Shown in pieces: positions 41,941 to 49,703 of a stretch of 64,000 bases of DNA. The notes under the pieces are model-generated. The model saw only the letters and a program-made list of their open reading frames with translations, searched no databases and had not been told where the DNA came from. The stretch is from Syntrophales bacterium. GTDB lineage: Bacteria > Desulfobacterota > Syntrophia > Syntrophales > UBA2210. The translations under genes and the position numbers were made by a program. The stretch is taken from contig CAXXKT010000001.1 of assembly GCA_963662405.2 (NCBI GenBank), positions 1,248,001 through 1,312,000 on the forward strand. The letters are read 5' to 3'. Positions within the stretch are counted from its first letter, which is position 1; every line of letters begins with the position of its first letter.

Positions 41941-43245
41941 ATGGCGAACATACTCTACAACGCCCTCCTTTCCGTGGCGGCCCTCTTTATCATCCCCTTT
42001 TTCCTGGTGAAGATTGTCTTCACGGGGAAATATCGCGCGAGCATCGGTGCAAAATTCGGCATATACCCGCCACGGATCTTTGCTCAGATGCACGGGACAC
42101 CGCGGATATGGCTCCACGCCGTATCGGTGGGGGAGGTGACCGCCGCCGCACCCATCATTTCCTCTCTGAGGGAGCGGTATCCGGGGGCCTGTCTCATCCT
42201 CTCCACGGGGACGGAGACGGGGCAGGAGATGGCCCGTCGGATCGTCACGGATGCCACCATATCGATCTATTTTCCCCTCGACATTCCCTCGGTCATCAGG
42301 AAGGTGCTCACCGCCGTGAATCCCGACATCTTTGTGGCGGTCGAGACGGAGATCTGGCCCAATTTCATCCGTGCCTGCAAGGCGCGTGGCATCCCGGTGG
42401 TGATGGTGAACGGGAGGATCTCCCCCCGTTCCTTCAAACGGTACCGCCTGACCCGATTCTTCTGGAAACGGGTGATGAACACGATCGATGCGATGGGGGT
42501 CATATCCGAACTCGATGCCTCCCGGTTGAAGGCCCTGGGGGTGGAGTCGGCGAAGATTCGTGTCAGGGGGAACGCCAAATACGACGGCCTCGCCGCACGG
42601 GCGGATGATGCCATAAAAAAGGAGATAGGAGCACGACTGGATATCGGACCCGGCACGCCGGTTTTTGTGGCGGGGAGTACGCATGAAGGGGAAGAGGCCG
42701 TCGTCATGGAGGTCTATCAGGGGCTCCGAGAGCGATACCCCGAGATGCTCATGGTCATAGTCCCGCGACATCCCGAGAGGAGTGACTCCGTTATGTCTCT
42801 TTTCCACGATGCGGGTTTTCATGACTGTGTGACCATGTCACGGATACGCGTGGGGGAGCGGCGTTGTGGGCGGCGAGTAGTGATCATTGATGTGATCGGG
42901 GAACTCTTTAAGATCTACAGCCTTGCCACGGTGGTCTTCTGCGGCGGGAGCCTCGTTCCCCGGGGGGGACAGAATATACTGGAGCCCGCCGCGTGGGGGA
43001 CGGTCGTTCTCTATGGTCCCTCGATGGAGGATTTTACCGACGAGCGGGAGCGATTGGAAATGGTGGGCGGGGGGATCACCGTCAGCGACGGTAACCGGCT
43101 CATGGACGAGATCCTCCGCCTGATGGAAGACCCGGATGCCCGCCGCAGGAGGGGGGAGGCGGGACGCACCGTCGTTGCCTCAAACAGGGGTGCCGCGCAG
43201 CGGTATGCCGATCTGATATCTGAAGTACTCGAATCGCAGGCCTGA
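41941..43245 (+). CDS. waaA: 3-deoxy-D-manno-octulosonate (Kdo) transferase
   Basis: IWLHAVSVGE, ETEIWPN, GNAKYD, AGSTHEGEE, VPRHPER, GGQNILEP. Confidence 0.95.
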   Translation: MANILYNALLSVAALFIIPFFLVKIVFTGKYRASIGAKFGIYPPRIFAQMHGTPRIWLHAVSVGEVTAAAPIISSLRERYPGACLILSTGTETGQEMARRIVTDATISIYFPLDIPSVIRKVLTAVNPDIFVAVETEIWPNFIRACKARGIPVVMVNGRISPRSFKRYRLTRFFWKRVMNTIDAMGVISELDASRLKALGVESAKIRVRGNAKYDGLAARADDAIKKEIGARLDIGPGTPVFVAGSTHEGEEAVVMEVYQGLRERYPEMLMVIVPRHPERSDSVMSLFHDAGFHDCVTMSRIRVGERRCGRRVVIIDVIGELFKIYSLATVVFCGGSLVPRGGQNILEPAAWGTVVLYGPSMEDFTDERERLEMVGGGITVSDGNRLMDEILRLMEDPDARRRRGEAGRTVVASNRGAAQRYADLISEVLESQA

Positions 43246-43252
43246 CGGGGCA

Positions 43253-44153
43253 CTATCCTTCCGCCCGTTTCAGACACTCCTCCCACCGGTGATTGACCGA
43301 CGCCTGGAGCGTGCCGAGCTGCTCGATGCTCATCTTCTTGAATCTGCTCTGTCGCTCCACGTAATTGACGAGGGGGAGGAGCTTCCCCCGCTCGGCCATC
43401 GTCTTGCTCCTCCCGGTGAAACGGAAGCGGCCATCCTCGATCTCGAAGAGGATAAAAAGCCCCGTCTCCACGGCGAGCTTCCCGATTCGGACCGTATCCT
43501 TTGTGGGATACCCCCACCCGGGGGGGCAGGGTGTGTCGATCTGGATGTACCGGGTTCCCCGTATCTTCTTGGCCTTGACGAACTTGTCGTACAGGTCGAC
43601 CGGGTAGGCGGGGGAGACGGTCGCCAGGTAAGGGATATGGTGCGCCTCCATGATCTTCAGGAAATCCTTCTTGGGGTCCTGCTTCGTCAGGACGGGGGTT
43701 GTCGTGGTAAGGGGCGCCCAGGGGGGTTGCGCCGGAGCGCTGCGTCCCCGTGTTCATGTAGGCCTCGTTGTCGTAGCAGGCGAAGATAAAGTCGGTGTTT
43801 CGCTCGGCCGCACCGCTCAGAGACTGGATCCCGATGTCATAGGTGCCGCCGTCTCCGGAAAGGGCCAGGACGGTGATGTCGGTCTTGTTAAGGGCCCGCA
43901 GGCCGGCCACCATCCCGGCGGCGGATGCCGCGTTCCCGGCGAAGGTGGTATTGAGGGCGGGGACGATGGTCGAGGTAGTGGGGTACAGCCCGTGCAGAAC
44001 ACAGAGGCAGCTCGGGGGGATTCCCACGATCGTGTTTTCGCGCAGTGCTTTGAGGATGTAGCGGTAGGCCAGAGAAAGACCGCACCCCTGACAGGCGCGA
44101 TTTCCCGGGAGGATGTATTCCTTCTCGTTGATCTTGAAGATGGTTTCGTGCAT
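43253..44153 (-). pseudogene. 2-oxoacid:ferredoxin oxidoreductase beta subunit with a +1 frameshift (real or sequencing error)
   Basis: ACQGC, SGDGGTYDIG...YDNEAYMNTG (TPP-binding), PCPPGW; an extra base in the G4 run 43711-43714 splits the gene into two ORFs. Confidence 0.85.
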
Positions 44154-44157
44154 TATC

Positions 44158-45366
44158 TTATCCTGTGTGGCAATTAAGCCATATCGTTTTGTTGTCCCTG
44201 TCGCCCGCTTCGACCGATGCATAGGCCGCCCGCGCCGCCCCCACCAGTTCGCGGGTCTTGACATCCCGACCCCCCAGCCCCGAGATATGGTCATGGATAG
44301 GGGCCGTGATATCCGTACCGTAGAAGGCGGCCTTCAGGTCGGACGCGATCCCCCCCTCGTACCCGTAACTGATGCACTTTTCGAAGATCGCGATGGCGCG
44401 GGCCTTGGCGAAGGCCCGCCGGACCTCTTTCTTCGGGAACGGTCGGTAGACCCTGATCCCGACGACCCCCGCCTTGATCCCCCCGGCGCGGAGCACGTCC
44501 GCGGCCAAGGTCGCCTCGGTGGCGATTGAGCCCATCCCGGTCAGGATCAGCTCGGCGTCGTCCGTGAGGTATTCCCAGAGCATCCCCCCGTGATCACGCC
44601 CCGTCAGTTTCGCCCAGTCATCGCTTGCCGCGGTGATGGTCTTCGGAGATCTCTCAAAGGCATCCTGCATCTTGTAGCGCATCTCCATATACCCGTCACA
44701 GAGGATCCCCTCCGCGTTTTCCCGGCGCGAGGCAAAGAAGACGGGATTGATCGTCACCGGCTTCTCCGGGGAGAGGGTGGTCTGCGGTACGTAGGGAGGG
44801 AGGTATGTCTTAACCGTCTCTTCCTTCGGGATATCCACCGGCATCATCGTGTGAGAGAGGACGAAGCCGTCGTAACAGACCATCACCGGGAGGTAGACCT
44901 CTTCGGCAATCCGGTACGCCTGGAGAACCGTGTCGAGGATCTCCTGGTTGTCCCGGCAGTAGATCTGTATCCACCCCGTGTCCCGTTGCGAGAAAGAGTC
45001 CTGCTGGTCGTTGAAGATGGACCAAGGAGCCCCGACGCCCCGGTTGACGCAGCACATGACGACCGGGAGGCGGGATCCCGCCGCCCAGTGCAGCTGCTCG
45101 TGCATATAAAGGAGCCCATTGGAACTGGTCGCCGTGAAGACACGGGCCCCTACCGTGGATGCCGAGATGCAGACGGTCAGAGAGGAGTGCTCCGACTCCA
45201 CCCGGACATATTCCGCCTTCAGTTCCCCCTTCTCGACGTATTCGGACAGGACCTCGGCCAGTTTGGTTTGTGGTGTGATGGGGTAGGCCGCGATGACGCC
45301 GGGCCGGGCCAATTTTACCGCCAGGGCCGCCGCCTCGTTCCCCATGATGATGCGGACGTCACTCAT
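44158..45366 (-). CDS. 2-oxoacid:ferredoxin oxidoreductase alpha subunit
   Basis: GNEAAA, AAYPITPQT, VESEHS, TATSS. Confidence 0.95.
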   Translation of the reverse strand: MSDVRIIMGNEAAALAVKLARPGVIAAYPITPQTKLAEVLSEYVEKGELKAEYVRVESEHSSLTVCISASTVGARVFTATSSNGLLYMHEQLHWAAGSRLPVVMCCVNRGVGAPWSIFNDQQDSFSQRDTGWIQIYCRDNQEILDTVLQAYRIAEEVYLPVMVCYDGFVLSHTMMPVDIPKEETVKTYLPPYVPQTTLSPEKPVTINPVFFASRRENAEGILCDGYMEMRYKMQDAFERSPKTITAASDDWAKLTGRDHGGMLWEYLTDDAELILTGMGSIATEATLAADVLRAGGIKAGVVGIRVYRPFPKKEVRRAFAKARAIAIFEKCISYGYEGGIASDLKAAFYGTDITAPIHDHISGLGGRDVKTRELVGAARAAYASVEAGDRDNKTIWLNCHTG

Positions 45367-45652
45367 CGATATCCACCTCCCGTACCATCTGTATCGCGTT
45401 GGGGGGGCATTCCTCCGCGCAGATCCCGCATCCCTTGCAGTAGTCCATGTCGATGACCACCGGAATCGTCATGGTGACCACCCCTTCCGGGCAGTAGAGC
45501 CAGCAGAGAAAACAGGCCGCTTTTCCCTTGATCTCGGGGATACATTTGGTCGGATCGATCACGGGACGCAGGTCCCGCCACTCTCCCGTTCTCCCCGCTT
45601 CGCCGGGGGCCGGCGTGCAGACCCCCGATATGTTGGTGTCAATCTTTTCCAT
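45359..45652 (-). CDS. 2-oxoacid:ferredoxin oxidoreductase delta subunit (2x[4Fe-4S])
   Basis: TGEWR..RPVID, CFLCWLYCPEG, YCKGCGICAEECP. Confidence 0.93.
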   Translation of the reverse strand: MEKIDTNISGVCTPAPGEAGRTGEWRDLRPVIDPTKCIPEIKGKAACFLCWLYCPEGVVTMTIPVVIDMDYCKGCGICAEECPPNAIQMVREVDIDE

Positions 45653-46220
45653 TACCCTCCCAGACCTCGGTTCTGTCAAAGGCCGTTTTGATGGCCTGAA
45701 AATTAAAGGCCGCTTTATTTCGCGGCATCTTTTGCTTGATCCCCTCTTCGATGCTATCGAGGGAAACCAGCCCCGATGCCCGGCAGAAGGCCCCGAGGAG
45801 CGGCGTGTTCACGATCGGGGTCCCGCCCATGCTGAGGTGATGTTCCCACGCAATCCGCGCTGCATCGACCGTCGCAACGGAGAAGCACTCCCGGACCCCG
45901 AGCTGTTCCGGATTCAGGGGGGTGTTGATGATAACGATTCCGTTTTTCCTGAGCAGCTCCTCACCGGTCGCCGCCGCAAGGAGGGACGGGTCCAGAACGA
46001 CGGCGATGTCGGCCGGTGCGACCTGTGAGAAGGTCCTGACCGGCTCGTCCGCAATTCGTGTCGAAGCGGTCAGGGGCGCACCCCTGCGCTCCGGGCCGAA
46101 GGTGGGAGCAGAGGTGACACCCCGGAAGCCATGAATATAGGCCGCCTCGGCCAGTATCTGGGCCGCCAGGACCACGCCTTGGCCACCCCTTCCGTGCCAT
46201 AGTATCTCGTGCATTGCCAT
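45639..46220 (-). CDS. 2-oxoacid:ferredoxin oxidoreductase gamma subunit
   Basis: HGRGGQG, FGPERRGAP, NT.LLGA. Confidence 0.95.
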   Translation of the reverse strand: MAMHEILWHGRGGQGVVLAAQILAEAAYIHGFRGVTSAPTFGPERRGAPLTASTRIADEPVRTFSQVAPADIAVVLDPSLLAAATGEELLRKNGIVIINTPLNPEQLGVRECFSVATVDAARIAWEHHLSMGGTPIVNTPLLGAFCRASGLVSLDSIEEGIKQKMPRNKAAFNFQAIKTAFDRTEVWEGNGKD

Positions 46221-46233
46221 TGGATTTCCTCAC

Positions 46234-46268
46234 AAAAAAGGCCATGAAGCATTCGCCCATGGCCTTTT
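46234..46268 (-). terminator. Attenuator terminator (3:4 hairpin) just upstream of the OFOR operon
   Basis: AAAAGGCCATG-GGCGAATGCTT-CATGGCCTTTTTT; the U-run ends 13 nt before the gamma-subunit ATG. Confidence 0.88.
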
Positions 46269-46288
46269 GAACTCTCTCTGCTGTTGCG

Positions 46289-46393
46289 TTACACTCCAGT
46301 GACGACAGGCCGCGGGCGGATTATGAGCCCGCTAAGGACGAGGCCGAGCAAGAACAGTAGATTCAGCAGCACTGCGTACAACCACCCTGTCAT
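46289..46393 (-). CDS. Putative branched-chain amino acid attenuation leader peptide, MTGWLYAVLLNLLFLLGLVLSGLIIRPRPVVTGV (34 aa)
   Basis: SD GAAAGGA, ATG 46393, TAA 46291-46289; 10 Leu, 5 Val, 2 Ile; overlaps alternative RNA hairpins. Confidence 0.8.
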   Translation of the reverse strand: MTGWLYAVLLNLLFLLGLVLSGLIIRPRPVVTGV

Positions 46394-46423
46394 CGGAGAT
46401 ATTCCTTTCAAGAAGTGCTACCC

Positions 46424-46452
46424 CTCCTACACCGGGTGCGTCGAAAAGTCAA
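46424..46452 (-). promoter_or_regulatory. Candidate sigma70 promoter for the leader/OFOR operon
   Basis: TTGACT (46452-46447), 17 nt, TAGGAG. Confidence 0.45.
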
Positions 46453-46504
46453 CGGAAAATGTACGGGTTCCGCTGTCGCATGGAAAATACCGGGCGGGGA
46501 AGGG

Positions 46505-48142
46505 TCATTCGGTAGCCAGATGCCGCATCTCCGCCTCCAGCTTTGCGAGGAGGGGAGGGAAGGTGCGGGGGTTGAGCGCCGACAGCGGAATAGCATCGAA
46601 GCGACGGCAGACGTTATCCAGGATTGCCTCACCGTCGGAGAAGAGATCGATCTTGTTGAAGACGCGCAGATACCGTTTCCCCTGCAGATCAAGTTCCTCG
46701 AGGATCCGGTCCACGGCGTGGATCTGTTGCTCAAAAGAGGGGTTGCTCACATCGATGACGTGGAGGAGGAGATCGGCTTCCTCCAGTTCCTCCAGGGTTG
46801 CGCGGAAGGCGGCGGCAAGCTCTTTCGGGAGATTCCGGATGAATCCCACCGTGTCCGTGATGATCGCCTCCCGATCCCGGGGAAAGCGGAGTCGCGAACT
46901 CTTCGGGTCGAGGGTGGCGAAGAGGAGATCCTCGGTCAGAACACGGCTCTGGGTCAGGGCGTTGAGGAGGGTCGACTTTCCCGTATTGGTATAGCCGACA
47001 ATGGAGATGACGGGGAGCCCCTGTTTGCGCCTGAGTCGACGTCGCTGACCCCTCCCCTTCCGGACATTTTTCAGTTCTTTCTTGAGACGTCCGATTCGTT
47101 CACGGACCCGACGACGGTTGATCTCAAGCTTTGTCTCCCCCGGTCCGGTTCCCCCGATTCCCCCGGTGAGACGGGACATGGCCGTGTTTTTGGTTGCGAG
47201 GCGCGGGAGGAGGTATTGAAGCTGGGCGAGTTCGACCTGGATCTTTCCCTCACGGCTGTGGGCGCGGCGGGCGAAGATATCCAGTATCAACTGGGAGCGG
47301 TCGATCACCTTCAGATCGGTAAAATCGGTGATGGAACGGATCTGGGCGGGGGAGAGCTCGTGGTCGAAGATCAAAAGTCCTGCCCCGATCTGGAGCGCCC
47401 GTATGACGACGTCGGAGAGCCTTCCCCTCCCCATCAGGTACCGGGGGTCGTAGTCATGCCGGTGCTGAACGACGGTGTCGAGAACCTCCACGCCGGATGA
47501 ACGTGCCAGTTCGCGCAGTTCTCCCAGTGAAGCCTTGCTATCGAACAGGGGATCAACGGCAACCCGTATCAGGATGGCCCCTTCGCTCGTACCCACCTTC
47601 CGCGTCCGTCCGCTCCGTGCGAACTCTTCCTCCAGGGCCTGGATGAATTCACTGAAATTCAGATCCACCGTGAAGACGGGGGTCGGGTCCATCAGGAGCC
47701 AGTAAGTACCCCCGGGATTTTCGGGGATGAGATGCGCCGAGTGAATCCTGCCGGGGAGTCCGTCCTGGTCGACCTCGATTGCCGAGACCATATCGAGTCG
47801 CAGGAGGGCAAGATCGGTGAGGTCGTCCTCGGTCAATTCCTCACCGCCGAGGTGGGTGTGGATGAGGCGCAGCCCCTTGAGGCGTGTTGAGGCTGACCGA
47901 ATTCCATCGAGAGCGGGGATAACGATCTGCCGGTGGTCACCGATGATGACCCGTGCGATCTCTCCCCGGCGGCTGACCAGGATGCCGATCTGTCGGTTCA
48001 CCCGGCGAGACAGCGCCGCGATCTCCCGTGCCATCTCGGTCGTCACGATCCTTTCGGGGGGCACCCTTCTGCGATAGAGACGCTGTATGTCCTTCATGTC
48101 CGATGGCTTGATGCCGTCGGTGTTTCCCTGGATTTTTTCTAT
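46505..48142 (-). CDS. hflX: Ribosome-splitting GTPase HflX, long form; probable ATA start
   Basis: LILDIFARRA, GGIGGTGPGETKLE, VGYTNTGKSTL, LFATLDP, DTVGFI, NKID. Confidence 0.93.
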   Translation of the reverse strand: MEKIQGNTDGIKPSDMKDIQRLYRRRVPPERIVTTEMAREIAALSRRVNRQIGILVSRRGEIARVIIGDHRQIVIPALDGIRSASTRLKGLRLIHTHLGGEELTEDDLTDLALLRLDMVSAIEVDQDGLPGRIHSAHLIPENPGGTYWLLMDPTPVFTVDLNFSEFIQALEEEFARSGRTRKVGTSEGAILIRVAVDPLFDSKASLGELRELARSSGVEVLDTVVQHRHDYDPRYLMGRGRLSDVVIRALQIGAGLLIFDHELSPAQIRSITDFTDLKVIDRSQLILDIFARRAHSREGKIQVELAQLQYLLPRLATKNTAMSRLTGGIGGTGPGETKLEINRRRVRERIGRLKKELKNVRKGRGQRRRLRRKQGLPVISIVGYTNTGKSTLLNALTQSRVLTEDLLFATLDPKSSRLRFPRDREAIITDTVGFIRNLPKELAAAFRATLEELEEADLLLHVIDVSNPSFEQQIHAVDRILEELDLQGKRYLRVFNKIDLFSDGEAILDNVCRRFDAIPLSALNPRTFPPLLAKLEAEMRHLATE

Positions 48143-48208
48143 GACTGCCTCCTCCCCGCAGCACCTTGTATCATAAAACGGAGCGAGAAGACATACGTTA
48201 CCCGGTAA

Positions 48209-48239
48209 AGAGCCCCGGGAAGGGGTCCCCCGGGGCTCT
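48209..48239 (-). terminator. Terminator hairpin after the porin genes
   Basis: AGAGCCCCGGG / CCCGGGGCTCT perfect inverted repeat. Confidence 0.7.
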
Positions 48240-48275
48240 GCCATTTTTATTCGTGCGTCGTAGATACACTCGCCC

Positions 48276-49571
48276 TTAGAAGCTCAAAGTCAACTTGTGC
48301 ATGACGAGGTAATCGCTGGCGACTTCTGCGGTTTTGTTAGGGCCTTTGTACCAGTCGCCGGGCCAGAAGTGACCGAAGCCGACCACGTATTCGAGATTGT
48401 CGAAGAGCCGGTATGTCGCGGTGATATCGAGTTCTTCCCCGATATCACGATCGACGGCATTCCCCTGTTCATCGACCCTGGCGTATGTCAGGGACACGAA
48501 GAGGTCGAGCCTCGGCATCGGTGTGATCCCGGCGTAGATCTGATACAACCAGGCGTTGGCCATCGTATCGCCGGTGGTATTGCCGCCGAGGCCCTCACCG
48601 AGGTCATGGCCGGACCATTTTACCAGTTCATCGTTCCAGAGGATCAGGCAGGGGCTGTAGTCCGAACCGGTAAAACCGCCTTCATGCCGGTCGTCTGTGT
48701 TGGGATCGTCTCCCTGGACAAAGGCGATCTGGCCGCCGATATACGCGTTCCCCCTGGTGTACTTCGCGTTGATGTAGGCGGACCAGGAGTCGAGATCGAT
48801 ATCCTCGGCAAGGGGGAAGAGATCCTTGATCCACTGGTCCAACTCCATATAGTTTCCAAAGGAGTAGATCGCCTCCGCTTCGACAGAGAGATTGCCGGCC
48901 CGATACTTGACGTAGGGGAGGAAAGAACAGAGGGACGTGTCGAAGATGGGCTTCATGTCGGCGTAGTCGAAATACCAGACGAGAAGACCGGCCTCTCCCC
49001 CCGCGAAGGGTTTGACGACGTACAGCTGGTATTCGTCCATATCGAGGTCCGTATAGGCTGTTCCCCGGTCACCCTCGTAGTACTTCGCGATGCTGGCGCC
49101 GACGATCCATCCCCTGATCTCGTTTTGCCAGGCGATGAGGGCACCGTCGTATTCTTCATCGCCGAAGGCCGTTCCCCAGAGCCCGTCCTGCTGATAGCCG
49201 ATCCGGAATCGTCCGTACTTCGTGGATGCATCGAGATAGGCACGATCGAAATCGATATTGTCATCGTCCCTTCCCGTATCATATTCACGGGGTCCCCCGG
49301 GGGTGTCCCAGTATCCCTCCAGGGCGTCGAAACGGGTGATCAGTTTGAGGGACGGGCTGATAGTAAATTCCGTCCGGACCCGGAGGCGGGTGTTGTACCA
49401 CGCGCTGGAGGAGCCGTTTGCACCGGCCTCCTCTTTCATCAGGTCACCGTTGTCATCGTACCAGCCTGCGACATAGAAACTGCCGCTGACGCTCAGGTCT
49501 GTCGCCATGGCAGAGGGGGCGAGTGCCGCCATCAGACTCAGTACGACAAATACCCCCAGATATTTTTTCAT
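48276..49571 (-). CDS. Outer-membrane beta-barrel porin, paralog 2
   Basis: Signal peptide ending AMA, amphipathic strands, C-terminal KLTLSF. Confidence 0.85.
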   Translation of the reverse strand: MKKYLGVFVVLSLMAALAPSAMATDLSVSGSFYVAGWYDDNGDLMKEEAGANGSSSAWYNTRLRVRTEFTISPSLKLITRFDALEGYWDTPGGPREYDTGRDDDNIDFDRAYLDASTKYGRFRIGYQQDGLWGTAFGDEEYDGALIAWQNEIRGWIVGASIAKYYEGDRGTAYTDLDMDEYQLYVVKPFAGGEAGLLVWYFDYADMKPIFDTSLCSFLPYVKYRAGNLSVEAEAIYSFGNYMELDQWIKDLFPLAEDIDLDSWSAYINAKYTRGNAYIGGQIAFVQGDDPNTDDRHEGGFTGSDYSPCLILWNDELVKWSGHDLGEGLGGNTTGDTMANAWLYQIYAGITPMPRLDLFVSLTYARVDEQGNAVDRDIGEELDITATYRLFDNLEYVVGFGHFWPGDWYKGPNKTAEVASDYLVMHKLTLSF

Positions 49572-49621
49572 TATCTCTTCCTCCTGTCGTATCGGTGGTT
49601 GCAAACTGTCCGTGCCTCGTT

Positions 49622-49660
49622 AAAAAAAGGCCCCGGAGGATGATTCCCCCGAGGCCCGTT
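49622..49660 (-). terminator. Terminator between the two porin genes
   Basis: GGCCTCGG...CCGGGGCC followed by TTTTTTT on the minus strand. Confidence 0.75.
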
Positions 49661-49703
49661 TTGTGTTTATCGGTGTATCAGGAATACACACCCGGTACCG
49701 ATA

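Noticed and set aside
46284..46994. 236-aa plus-strand ORF, or a 6S-like ncRNA, in the hflX-OFOR gap
   Set aside because: The ORF is antisense to hflX. The gap is better explained by the leader peptide and attenuator, and I saw no 6S-type long rod structure.
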